IMG/VR virus record: IMGVR_UViG_3300044641_010298
Location: 32,001 to 96,000 of that record
DNA: 64,000 nucleotides
Reading direction: 5' to 3' (one strand)
Origin: a virus
Numbering within the stretch: position 1 is the first letter of the stretch; every line of letters starts with the position of its first letter. This document shows positions 32,224 to 41,378 of this stretch, piece by piece. The notes below the pieces were generated by a model. That model was not told the origin of the DNA. It saw nothing but the letters and a program-made list of their open reading frames with translations, and did not search any database. The position numbers were made by a program, and so were the translations under genes.

Positions 32224-34052
32224 TGGATCCCCTCGATGTGTGGGACCTTGTTCTTCCAGTCCACCTTTCTGTGAAAGATATGCCCACCTAGCTCTTTTGC
32301 CAGCTTATCTGCAAGCTGTCTAATGTCTTCGTCTGAGACTTCTGCCCAAGGCTTATCAAAGAACATGTTATTGTCAGCGCTATCCTCCTGTCGGATATCA
32401 AATAGGCTCTCCCAGTGACGCTGCCAGTAATCTCTGTATGTTCTAATCTTTCTCTCCATGTTAAACCACGAGTAGTGTCGAGGAGAGGGCAGGCTGCTGA
32501 CAACGTGCTTGAACCATGACTGGTAGGCGTGAAGCGCCTCTGGATGACCTCCAATGGCTGCGATTCTTGCACGATGAGCTTCTTCTGTGTAGAAATTTGC
32601 GCAAGGAATTGGGTCACCTGTTGAAACGTGAATGTAATCACATCCGTCTGTCCCCTGCCTTGCATACAGATTCCCCTCAGAATCTGTCATTCGAAGCTGT
32701 GCTGGTATTCCATGCGTTATATGGGGAAGATTTCTAGATAGTCTCCACTTCCAGGGAGTGATATCCATTCTAACCTTCTCTTTTGATCCCCAAAATTCAA
32801 CAACTGGAAGGCAGACAAGGTTTGAAGTCTTTGGAAATGACTTACAAAGATCTCTTACCTTTGTCCAGTCAGATTCTGGTAAGACCTCATCTGCATCCAT
32901 CTGCCAGCAAAAATCACCAGTACAATGGCTTCTTGCAACTGCCTTCTGGTCTCCATCAAATACAGCAAACCGCTTGTGTGACCAATCTCTCTCGTTTCTT
33001 ACGAGCTTGATCCTGGGATCATTGCTAGCCATTTCTTGGAGCCTTTCCCAGGTTCCATCCTTCGAGCCGCCATCAACGATGACAACCTCATCGCAGAACC
33101 CGACCATTGACCTAATTGAATCCTCGTACGGGTATTGATGCTTGATGCAATCAAGCGTGGTTGTGTATCCGGATATGCTGGGTTCATTCTGTGCTATCTT
33201 GTTGACAACGCCCCAGAACATATCAGGCCTGTTCCTGAGATAAGCACAGACGTCATTTGGCGCTGCCTGGAACCATGGCTCTGCAGCATGCTGCACGTTC
33301 TCATTTGTGACAACTTCACATCCGAGCAGCTTGGCCTCTATGACCATTCTTGGGCATGTATCTCCGCCTTTTGGCAAGTAGACAAATCCCGATGATTCTG
33401 ACATCTTTTGTAGCATTTGATCATATGGAAGGTCCCAAACAATCTCATACTGCTTGTTATTGCTGATGCACCACTGCTCAGCGTCATCGGCGCCCTTTAT
33501 CCATGATTTTGATCCAAGAACTAACCATCCAGATCTTGTATTTTCAGATTTTGATAAATCATCAACCTTTTGGAAAAATTCATCTCCAAAAACAGAGCTT
33601 AGGACAGTTGTCTTCTTGTCATTAAGAAATGGAAATCTATCTGTGTAGCGCTGCTTTTGTGCTTCAGACATCCAGAAGACGTGATCAGCAGCATAATAGA
33701 ACGCAGAAACAAGCTTTCCTAAGTCTTTTTCGTGGCAATCACAATCCTTTCCAGTCTCTGACTTGTGCTTCTCAATTGACCTATATTGGCAGAATTTATA
33801 ATCATACTCAAGGATGGCAAACTTAAGATTTGATGCAATTGTCGGAATGAGATTAAAATCGATTGATGCAAAATTACCAAAAACCCAGATGTCATCCTTG
33901 TGATTCTGGATTAGATTCATTGTAAGATTTCTGGCGTGAATCTTGACAACCTCAAACGGGCTCTTTCCAATAAGAGACTCAGTTGTAAGCTCAGCACCTC
34001 CAGCATAATTTTCTGCAAAAAGATCAGCTACGAAGACTACTTTGTTTTTCAT
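32220..34052 (-). CDS. Two-domain glycosyltransferase (GT-B + GT2)
   Basis: N-half 'GGAEL...DTCPRMVIEAKLLG'; C-half 'IVDGGSKDGT...QMDADE'; start trimmed to MKNKV. Confidence 0.8.
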   Translation of the reverse strand: MKNKVVFVADLFAENYAGGAELTTESLIGKSPFEVVKIHARNLTMNLIQNHKDDIWVFGNFASIDFNLIPTIASNLKFAILEYDYKFCQYRSIEKHKSETGKDCDCHEKDLGKLVSAFYYAADHVFWMSEAQKQRYTDRFPFLNDKKTTVLSSVFGDEFFQKVDDLSKSENTRSGWLVLGSKSWIKGADDAEQWCISNNKQYEIVWDLPYDQMLQKMSESSGFVYLPKGGDTCPRMVIEAKLLGCEVVTNENVQHAAEPWFQAAPNDVCAYLRNRPDMFWGVVNKIAQNEPSISGYTTTLDCIKHQYPYEDSIRSMVGFCDEVVIVDGGSKDGTWERLQEMASNDPRIKLVRNERDWSHKRFAVFDGDQKAVARSHCTGDFCWQMDADEVLPESDWTKVRDLCKSFPKTSNLVCLPVVEFWGSKEKVRMDITPWKWRLSRNLPHITHGIPAQLRMTDSEGNLYARQGTDGCDYIHVSTGDPIPCANFYTEEAHRARIAAIGGHPEALHAYQSWFKHVVSSLPSPRHYSWFNMERKIRTYRDYWQRHWESLFDIRQEDSADNNMFFDKPWAEVSDEDIRQLADKLAKELGGHIFHRKVDWKNKVPHIEGIQ

Positions 34053-34085
34053 AGAAAAATAGTAGTCAAGAACTCTTAAATGTTT

Positions 34086-34116
34086 AAAAGAAAAAGCCGG
34101 GCTCAAGGCCCAGCTT
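34086..34116 (-). terminator. Rho-independent terminator after the tail-fibre gene
   Basis: Minus strand AAGCTGGGC-CTTGA-GCCCGGCTT followed by TTTCTTTT. Confidence 0.75.
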
Positions 34117-34136
34117 AGTCTTTGTCAGCTAAAGAG

Positions 34137-36515
34137 CTAGATCTCTTCGATCACAAACTTGTATCTCTTTCCAGAGTGATTGTTTGTAATTGAGAGGAAG
34201 TCTCTCTCCTCAATGATGGTCCAGTCACCACGATCGTTGCGAAGGTGCAAGTCGCCGGTGTACATGTTGCGCCACCGGAATGAAGGTGAGCCAAGGTCAT
34301 AGGCAACGTCTGCTCCTGGAAGCATATTCTCATTGACAGTGATCGTTCCTGCACCTGACGTGGATCCAATGTTAATATTTGTCGTCGAGTTAGAAGCACC
34401 ACCAGTTCCAATGTTGATCGTCTTTGTGGTGGATGCGGCAGTCGCACCAGTTCCAAGGTTGTAAGTCGAGGATCCCGTTGAAGCAGTTCCAAGATTTACT
34501 GTCTGCGTCGACGTGGTGGTGCTTGCAATTGAGAGTGTTGTTGAAACACCTGCAAAATTAATCGTTGTTACGTCGGAATTTAGAAGGTCAGCTCTTGTTA
34601 TAGTGGGGCCTGATCCTAGAATCAAGCTTCCGCCTATTGTACCGCTCTGGACAGTAAAGATGTTATCTGAGTCAGCACGGAAGAAAGCACCTTGGCCTGT
34701 AACACCCTTTGCGATGTTCAGGTATACAGCTGATCCGCTGACTATTGTTGTCGAAGTACCTCCAACAACCATTGCCTTTCCAGAATCAGCTGTAATAAGC
34801 GCTGCATTTGATGAAAGAGATACAGATGATGAATTTATTGTCAGGTATGGCTGAGCATGCTTCTGAAATCCAACACCAGTATCACCATGTCGCATCAAGA
34901 AGTTGCTTGATCCGCTGAGGTTTAGATTGGATCCTGCTGCTGATCCGAGTGTAAATCCGTTTGCGCTAGTGGCAGTTCCTACAGCAGCAGCACCTGCAAA
35001 TGCGAAGCTTGTTGATCCTCCGTGCGATCCGATTGTGACGCCAGATCCCGTAAGAACAAGGTTTCTTGCTATAGATCCAGCCCCTCCATCTCTTGCAAAC
35101 AACGTGAGGCTTGTCGATGGAATGCCCGTAACCGATCCGGCCTGTATTCCATTGACGTCAAAATTGACGCCAGTCGTTGAATCAAGATCAACAGCGGCGC
35201 CGCTGAGGATTAGTGACTTTCCTCCAACAGCTCCGAACTTAGCTGCTCCGGCTGATCCTGTGAGCTCGGCATGAGAGCTTCCTCCAATCTGGAACTCAAT
35301 GGGCTGATTTGATGCAGGATTGAGGGTAATCTTGCTCGCTGTTGAATTGACTGTGACAGGTCCCGATGCCTGGGCAAGAAGAGATGTACCATCAGAGGAA
35401 GAAACAAATGCTGTAGTTCCTCCAACATCAAATCTAGCCGCCCTTACTGGCTGCAGAGCAGTAACGCTAACAGCTGTTGCAACGCTTCCTGTTGGTGAGC
35501 TTGTTGTCTTTGTTGCTACGAAAGATGAGTTGGAATTTGACCAGACGAATGCAACATTATTTCCGTCACCAGTAATTCCACCAATGAATCCTCGATCACC
35601 AGCAGATAGAGCAATTGATCCAGAAGAGAACCCAAGACCGATGACAGGATCTTGAATCTCTGTGACTGTTGAATCAATTGTGGTAACTGTTCCGCTGATG
35701 TAGAGATCGCCCTTGACTGTGAGGCTGTTGTTGACTGTAGTCGTGCCAGTGCTTGAACCGATTGCTACTGCAGTAGCAGCACCGCCAATGTTAACAGTTG
35801 TTGCACTTGTGTTGAACAGGGTCGCTGTTGCAGCGGTGGTCGTAATATCTCCACCGTTGACTGCTAGATCACTGCTGGCGCTTACAATGCCAACAAGAGT
35901 CGATGTTCCAGCAACAGTAAGATTTCCACCGGCTTGTAGATCACTAGAGCCGCTTATTACACCGTCATTGCCTAGAGAGACAACCTGCAGTCCTGATCCA
36001 TTCTTTGTGACAAAGGATCCAGAGGTTACAACGTTATTTGTATCATCAATTGTAACACCGGATGTATCCTGGATGAGCTTTCCGGTCAATCCATCAAAAC
36101 GAGCAATGGCATTATCCGTTGCGCTAGCCGGTCCGTCAACGTCTCCACCACCTGCGCCTGCTGTAAGAGATGTGAGTGTTACACCGCCTGAGTTTCCGCT
36201 ATCAAAGAATGTGAGGCCGCCAGATCCTGAGGTGATCTTTGCTGCACCTCCTAAGAACTGGATCTCGTTAGATGTGATTGTGATCGATCCAGTTCCTACG
36301 GTCAAAGATCCGCTAACAACTGCATCTCCGCCAAAAATTGCGGTTCCTGAGGTTCCTTTTCCTCCAATCGAACCGCTGACGAAGAACGAGCTATCTGTTC
36401 CTGGGTTTGATGGAAACGTTCCTGGGCCTGGATTTCCAAAGATAACAGACCCTGTTATTCCAATCTTCCAGGCATCTGCGCTACTGCCCGAGATGTTGTT
36501 AGTGATTAATGCCAT
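34137..36515 (-). CDS. Tail fibre protein
   Basis: G/S/T-rich beta repeats, 'GDVDGPASATDNAIARFDG' module, C-terminal 'YTGDLHLRNDRGDWTIIEE...GKRYKF' fibre domain. Confidence 0.8.
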   Translation of the reverse strand: MALITNNISGSSADAWKIGITGSVIFGNPGPGTFPSNPGTDSSFFVSGSIGGKGTSGTAIFGGDAVVSGSLTVGTGSITITSNEIQFLGGAAKITSGSGGLTFFDSGNSGGVTLTSLTAGAGGGDVDGPASATDNAIARFDGLTGKLIQDTSGVTIDDTNNVVTSGSFVTKNGSGLQVVSLGNDGVISGSSDLQAGGNLTVAGTSTLVGIVSASSDLAVNGGDITTTAATATLFNTSATTVNIGGAATAVAIGSSTGTTTVNNSLTVKGDLYISGTVTTIDSTVTEIQDPVIGLGFSSGSIALSAGDRGFIGGITGDGNNVAFVWSNSNSSFVATKTTSSPTGSVATAVSVTALQPVRAARFDVGGTTAFVSSSDGTSLLAQASGPVTVNSTASKITLNPASNQPIEFQIGGSSHAELTGSAGAAKFGAVGGKSLILSGAAVDLDSTTGVNFDVNGIQAGSVTGIPSTSLTLFARDGGAGSIARNLVLTGSGVTIGSHGGSTSFAFAGAAAVGTATSANGFTLGSAAGSNLNLSGSSNFLMRHGDTGVGFQKHAQPYLTINSSSVSLSSNAALITADSGKAMVVGGTSTTIVSGSAVYLNIAKGVTGQGAFFRADSDNIFTVQSGTIGGSLILGSGPTITRADLLNSDVTTINFAGVSTTLSIASTTTSTQTVNLGTASTGSSTYNLGTGATAASTTKTINIGTGGASNSTTNINIGSTSGAGTITVNENMLPGADVAYDLGSPSFRWRNMYTGDLHLRNDRGDWTIIEERDFLSITNNHSGKRYKFVIEEI

Positions 36516-36531
36516 TTTTTCCTCTCTCGAT

Positions 36532-36539
36532 TAACTATC
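36532..36539 (-). promoter_or_regulatory. Putative late promoter GATAGTTA
   Basis: Upstream of the tail fibre; related ATANDTA copies at 3191, 14007, 38599, 49651 and 50364. Confidence 0.5.
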
Positions 36540-36575
36540 TTGATCTTGTTAAGGGGAAGCCTAAATCATCTGTTT

Positions 36576-38033
36576 TTAATCAAATTCAGGTGCTGGCTCG
36601 AGGACAAATTTGTATCTCTTTCCTGTCTTATTAAATCTAATTGTTAAACATTCCTCTTCCTCAATGATGGTGTAATCTCCTCGATCATTTCGAAGGTGAA
36701 GGTCGCCCGTGTAGACATTTGCAAATCTTCGGACGGGAGATCCCAGATTTCTCGACATATCAGCATCTGGAATTATGTTTGATCCTAGATTTGATCTAAA
36801 GTTCACAACATCAGCACCTGTTCTTCCAAGATAAACAGATCCTGATATCATTACGTCACCGCCAAAGACTGCAGTTCCCTTTGTTGCTCCGTCTTTTGAG
36901 CTAGGCGCACCTCCGACAAAGAAGTTTGTATCAGAAGATAGGAATGGATTTGCTGCTGCAGGATATATGCTTGGCATTATTGCAACAGTTACCTCGGATG
37001 CAGCCGTACTCGATGTTACGTACAGGAAGTTAACTGTATTGCCACCTGTAGTCCTGATACTTCCAAAGAAATCTCCTCCGCTTGTTAGGTTTCTTAGCTC
37101 GAGATTTCCCGCTGGGGTCTGTTCAAGTATTCCATTTCCTGCTACATCAGTTAGTGTTAAGAGGCCACCTCTTACAGTTGCATTGCCCGCAACAGTAATA
37201 TTTCCTCCTCCCAAGATATTTGAAGAAGCGCTGATCACTCCGGCTGTTGTCACAACAAAATCTGTGTCACCAGCTGCATCTTTTATGATAAGAGATCCAG
37301 ACGATACTATGTTTCCGCCAAAAAGTGCAACAGATGTTGAAGAAGATCCGGATACAAAGAAGAATACATCTGATCCTGCATTGTTTGTGACGTATGATGA
37401 TCCTAGATTTCCTGCTAGCGCAAGCGAACCGGTCGTATTAAGCCTTCCAGCTACTGGATCAGTGAAATAAGAAGATCCTCCGCCTCCACCACCCGTTGAA
37501 GTGATAGTGATAGAGCCGTTTGAAGCTGTTGAAAGCGAGATATTTGATCCTGCGATAAGATATGAGGATCCATCTGAAACTCTCTGTAGAGACCCTGTGA
37601 TACCAGCAGAAAAAATAGCATTTTCTGTTGCTTGGACGTATTTGAAAGATCCTGATTTTGCATAAATCTGATCCCATAGAAGAGCAGGCGACCCAAGATC
37701 ATAGTCTTCACTTGATACAGGAACTATATTAGATCCTACTCTTCCTGAAAAATCGATGATATCGGCTGATGTTTGTCCAAGGACTGTGTTATCAAATACA
37801 GTCAAAGATCCACTGATCTTTACGCTACCACCAAACACTGTGAAAGCGTTAGTGCCTCTACTTCCTGTGACAAACAGGAATGTATCAGATCCTGCACCAA
37901 GCGCAGGCGTAATTGATCCTAGCCCATCAGCATTTGAAGCAGATATTATGACAAGAGAAGGACCAGGAGATAGGCTTCTCGATGCAATTATCTGACTTGT
38001 TCTAATCTGTGAAGTAAGAAAGTCTCTTGCCAT
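36576..38033 (-). CDS. Tail fibre protein (paralog of the previous gene)
   Basis: Same C-terminal 'YTGDLHLRNDRGDYTIIEE...GKRYKF' domain; three 'DxxxFVxG..FGGx(V/I)..SGS' repeats. Confidence 0.8.
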   Translation of the reverse strand: MARDFLTSQIRTSQIIASRSLSPGPSLVIISASNADGLGSITPALGAGSDTFLFVTGSRGTNAFTVFGGSVKISGSLTVFDNTVLGQTSADIIDFSGRVGSNIVPVSSEDYDLGSPALLWDQIYAKSGSFKYVQATENAIFSAGITGSLQRVSDGSSYLIAGSNISLSTASNGSITITSTGGGGGGSSYFTDPVAGRLNTTGSLALAGNLGSSYVTNNAGSDVFFFVSGSSSTSVALFGGNIVSSGSLIIKDAAGDTDFVVTTAGVISASSNILGGGNITVAGNATVRGGLLTLTDVAGNGILEQTPAGNLELRNLTSGGDFFGSIRTTGGNTVNFLYVTSSTAASEVTVAIMPSIYPAAANPFLSSDTNFFVGGAPSSKDGATKGTAVFGGDVMISGSVYLGRTGADVVNFRSNLGSNIIPDADMSRNLGSPVRRFANVYTGDLHLRNDRGDYTIIEEEECLTIRFNKTGKRYKFVLEPAPEFD

Positions 38034-38034
38034 T

Positions 38035-38250
38035 TTATCCTCTCACCGCGACGACCCTAATTGCCCCTGTGAAAGCGGCTGAGGTGTTTAGTGTGCAGCC
38101 CGATGATGTTAAGTTACTTACGAACACTTCAACATTTGTCTGCACGGGCAAGGCTGTAATTGCAGGTGCTGATATAAATGCTGTTGAGAAGCTCACGCTT
38201 TTTGTGGTTTCTCCGACAAAAGGAATTATCTGGTTTTCAATTTGAATCAT
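38035..38250 (-). CDS. Small fibre-associated beta protein (H-type lectin-like)
   Basis: 'VSFSTAFISAPAI' motif; paralogous to the next gene. Confidence 0.5.
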   Translation of the reverse strand: MIQIENQIIPFVGETTKSVSFSTAFISAPAITALPVQTNVEVFVSNLTSSGCTLNTSAAFTGAIRVVAVRG

Positions 38251-38582
38251 CAGGCCACCTGTATTGCAGAGAAAGTTACCTGACCAGTGAATTGTGCACT
38301 TACAGAAATTGTAACCGATGTTGTAGTTACTGCATTTATGTAGACATTAACGTTTGAATTATCAGTTGTTTGAACTGAAATTGCAGAGATTGCTGGTGCA
38401 GAAGCGAAGGATGAGACAAAGTTGTAAGTCTTTGGCCCATCCTCATTTGCAAACTCTATTACACCTGTCTCAACATTGAAATCTTCTGATGTTTCAGTAA
38501 CTTCCCTTTTTTCAAATCTCGCATAGGGATACACCTTTGTGAACCTATTGAGATCTCGCTTTTTCAGTGTTACAGTTGCCAC
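38250..38582 (-). CDS. Small fibre-associated beta protein (H-type lectin-like)
   Basis: 'YNFVSSFASAPAI' motif. Confidence 0.5.
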   Translation of the reverse strand: MATVTLKKRDLNRFTKVYPYARFEKREVTETSEDFNVETGVIEFANEDGPKTYNFVSSFASAPAISAISVQTTDNSNVNVYINAVTTTSVTISVSAQFTGQVTFSAIQVA

Positions 38583-38606
38583 TTTTCACCCTACTTCTTA
38601 ATTATG

Positions 38607-39914
38607 CTAGAGGAGGCGTGAAGCAAGCGTAGCAAGCTCAGATCTTTCTCCCTTTGTTAGTGTAATGTGGCCTGCAATTCTCTCGTTTTTGAATTTTTCT
38701 ATTGTAATGGTGAGTCCGTTTGAAAGACTGTCAAGGTAGGGAGTATCAATCTGTTCAATATCTCCCAAAAGAACAATCTTTGAATTCTCTCCCATTCTTG
38801 TGATAATAGTCTTTAGCTCATGAATGGTAGAGTTTTGAGCCTCATCAACAATCAAAAAAGTGTTATTAAAGGTCCTTCCTCTAATAAATGCAAGAGGAGA
38901 AACCTCTATTTGCCCCTTTTGTCTCATTGCCTCAAAGTACGTGACATCCTTGAATGCTTGCCTAAAATTATCAAGGATGGGTGAAAGCCATGGACTCATC
39001 TTATCATCAATATCTCCAGGCAAGAATCCAATTTCCTTTCCAACAGTCTGGAGAGATCTTGTAATCACTATTCTGTCGTACTTCTTGTCCTGGAGCCCTG
39101 ATAGTCCTGCCATTAGAGTCAAAAAAGTCTTACCAGACCCTGCAAGGCCTGTCATTGTCACCATTTGAACGTCGTCTCTGGTAAGAAGATCTAGTGCAAA
39201 TTTTTGCTCCTTATTTCTTGGAGATATTCCAATTACCCTAGAAATCTTATTCACAGGCTGCCTAATGAATCCGTCATAAAAGACGCCAATTGCAGACTGA
39301 TTTCCGGACCTGAGTACAACAAACTGATTTTGATGTAATTCCTCATCAACTTTTGATACTTCGATTTTATCAGACTGATAGAACTCATCAATAATCGAAG
39401 AATCTTCAATTTCTATCTCTTCGACGCCAGAGTACATCTGGCTCTTGTCTTTGACAATTCTGTCCTTGTAATAGTCCTCTGCATTTATTCCTAGAGAATC
39501 GCACTTAACCCTGAAATTGATGTCTTTTGTGATGACAACTACTTTTCCGGGCGTATTTCTCTTGCAGTTAAGCGCGCAGGCAATGATCTTGTTGTCGCCT
39601 GTTGCAGAATCTAAGCCTCCTGGGACCTCGTATGTTCCAATATCAACTCTGATTGTCTGATCTCCTTCGATTGTTACGCCATCGTGAAGAGATCCCTGAC
39701 TTCTAAGCTTATCTAGATATCGATTGATGTATCTTGCTGATTCTCCTAGAATTTCTTGCTTCTCCTTGAATCTATCAAGCTCATCAAGGACGACGATTGG
39801 AATCACAACGTCATTTCCTGGCAAAGAATGAATAGAACTCTTGTCGTAGAGAAGAACCGAGGTATCAATTATGAAAGTCTTTCTCTTTGCCTGGGCTGTA
39901 ATTTCAGTCTGCAT
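38607..39914 (-). CDS. phoH: PIN-PhoH family ATPase
   Basis: PIN 'IIDTSVLL...ELD...TKD'; Walker A 'GLAGSGKT'; 'GFLPG', 'RGRT', 'DEAQN' and 'TRMGENSK' motifs. Confidence 0.9.
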   Translation of the reverse strand: MQTEITAQAKRKTFIIDTSVLLYDKSSIHSLPGNDVVIPIVVLDELDRFKEKQEILGESARYINRYLDKLRSQGSLHDGVTIEGDQTIRVDIGTYEVPGGLDSATGDNKIIACALNCKRNTPGKVVVITKDINFRVKCDSLGINAEDYYKDRIVKDKSQMYSGVEEIEIEDSSIIDEFYQSDKIEVSKVDEELHQNQFVVLRSGNQSAIGVFYDGFIRQPVNKISRVIGISPRNKEQKFALDLLTRDDVQMVTMTGLAGSGKTFLTLMAGLSGLQDKKYDRIVITRSLQTVGKEIGFLPGDIDDKMSPWLSPILDNFRQAFKDVTYFEAMRQKGQIEVSPLAFIRGRTFNNTFLIVDEAQNSTIHELKTIITRMGENSKIVLLGDIEQIDTPYLDSLSNGLTITIEKFKNERIAGHITLTKGERSELATLASRLL

Positions 39915-39969
39915 TTTTTCCCTTTAGTAAAATCTATACCGGACAGTTACATTTTAATCAGAGGTAACG

Positions 39970-40191
39970 ATGAAGTGTTATGAAATGCATGATTCTGGAA
40001 AAATAGATTGCCAAAATAAGTCATGCAGGCAATGGATAAACTGTAAGCAGCATCAAAATTGCACGCTGATTGCATCAAAGTCAGGACCAATGTCTCTCCA
40101 GGAAATAGGGGACATCATGGGTGTGACAAGAATGAGAATCTGTCAAATGGAAAAGAGAATAGTTCAAAAAATATCTGATTTCATTAAGTAA
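39970..40191 (+). CDS. Stand-alone sigma-70 region 4 domain protein with Cys-rich N-terminus
   Basis: 'MSLQEIGDIMGVTRMRICQME' aligns to RpoD region 4.2; five N-terminal Cys. Confidence 0.75.
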   Translation: MKCYEMHDSGKIDCQNKSCRQWINCKQHQNCTLIASKSGPMSLQEIGDIMGVTRMRICQMEKRIVQKISDFIK

Positions 40192-40223
40192 TAAAAAGGC
40201 CACCTTTCGGTGGCCTTTTTATT
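40190..40223. terminator. Bidirectional intrinsic terminator
   Basis: Perfect inverted repeat AATAAAAAGGCCACC-TTTC-GGTGGCCTTTTTATT between convergent genes. Confidence 0.9.
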
Positions 40224-40237
40224 TTGTGCAAAATCTA

Positions 40238-40435
40238 TCAGGTAGACTCTGCTGTGGTGTCCTCAGCACTCTTTGAAAGCTTAACGAGATCACCTGCAGA
40301 CTGCTTGATCAAGCGAAGACCCTTCCTTGCGCGGACGCCTGCAGACTTATTTCCCTTTGCATTCTTCTTTACATCAAGCTCAACACTCTCAAAAAGGGTG
40401 CGAAGCTCTTCCCACTTATCAACAAGACTCATCAT
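40238..40435 (-). CDS. Histone H1-like nucleoid protein, Hc1 family
   Basis: 'KGNKSAGVRARKGL' Hc1 signature. Confidence 0.7.
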   Translation of the reverse strand: MMSLVDKWEELRTLFESVELDVKKNAKGNKSAGVRARKGLRLIKQSAGDLVKLSKSAEDTTAEST

Positions 40436-40665
40436 ACCTCCAATTGTGTTTTTTCAGCCTCTTCAAGAGGACTTCCTACAAATAACTTTGTCACGCCTGA
40501 TATCTGCTCAAGCGCATCTCTGTTTTCTAGCGATATGCTTAAGAGATAGATTATTTGAAGTCTTTGCATATCATCAACTCCAAAATTTTCAATCTCTTTC
40601 ACTATTTCTCTGCACTGTTGCAGTTTTTCAGCAACTTTATGCACCTTTGTGTGACCATAATCCAT
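40432..40665 (-). CDS. Hypothetical protein
   Basis: 77 aa coupled ORF. Confidence 0.6.
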   Translation of the reverse strand: MDYGHTKVHKVAEKLQQCREIVKEIENFGVDDMQRLQIIYLLSISLENRDALEQISGVTKLFVGSPLEEAEKTQLEV

Positions 40666-41132
40666 TAGAATCCAACTCCATCGCTGACTATCTCATTTCT
40701 GGTTCGGAAACTTCCATCTTTCTTGATCATCAGTATCTTTAAGTTTGTTCTGTTTGCCTGTTCGTCACGTCTAATAACAACCTCGGTCTCTTGGTTGTTT
40801 TCAAGGAGCCACTCAATCTGTTCCCACGTTGCTATGTCAATATTTTGTGACTTGAGGTAGGCAGAAAGCCTCTCTGGTAGTCCAAGTTCAACATCTTCAA
40901 TTGTTCTAACACTTCCGCTCTCTTCTTTTCCATGAATTATCTCAGATCTACAATGATCGGTAATTCTGTGAAGAACGCCACAGTTATTGCATTGAACGAC
41001 CTTTTCTCTTACCTGATCATCTTCAACTATACTGAATGCAATGAACTTGTGAAAGATAGGAGGATTTGTGCTCCTGTACTGCGGTAGAACACAATGACAC
41101 TGGATGAGGTGCTTGATGCCCTCGGTTGGCAT
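40665..41132 (-). CDS. Hypothetical Zn-binding protein
   Basis: CHC, CNNC and HC motifs; RBS present. Confidence 0.6.
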   Translation of the reverse strand: MPTEGIKHLIQCHCVLPQYRSTNPPIFHKFIAFSIVEDDQVREKVVQCNNCGVLHRITDHCRSEIIHGKEESGSVRTIEDVELGLPERLSAYLKSQNIDIATWEQIEWLLENNQETEVVIRRDEQANRTNLKILMIKKDGSFRTRNEIVSDGVGF

Positions 41133-41134
41133 TT

Positions 41135-41356
41135 TTACCTCACTACCTCTTCAATGGACTTCTCGATCTGGCCAGAAGCATTGATGAATCCCTGCTCAAA
41201 AGAAGACTCAATGACTCGAATTAGCTTCTGAGCGTCATTGTCATCGATCTTATAGATTCCTTGCATCTTTGCTTCAACGATATTTGCAATTACCCTATCC
41301 TTGACATGATCAACAGCGACCTTAAATTCCGTTCTTAGTCGCGATGTTTTTGACAT
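41135..41356 (-). CDS. Hypothetical protein
   Basis: Start trimmed to MSKTS after a GAGG RBS. Confidence 0.6.
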   Translation of the reverse strand: MSKTSRLRTEFKVAVDHVKDRVIANIVEAKMQGIYKIDDNDAQKLIRVIESSFEQGFINASGQIEKSIEEVVR

Positions 41357-41378
41357 TTTCTTTTTTGCCTCACTTAAA

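Noticed and set aside
17670-34052. Bacterial O-antigen/capsule locus or eukaryotic giant-virus origin
   Set aside because: No flippase, polymerase or initiating transferase; flanked by myophage baseplate, sigma and fibre genes with SD sites
35713-36534. 273-aa plus-strand ORF, and similar antisense ORFs such as 40224-40742
   Set aside because: Antisense to well-supported genes; explained by codon bias of the real strand
34137-36740. Diversity-generating retroelement TR/VR between the two fibre C-termini
   Set aside because: Differences are mostly synonymous and not adenine-specific; no reverse transcriptase is present
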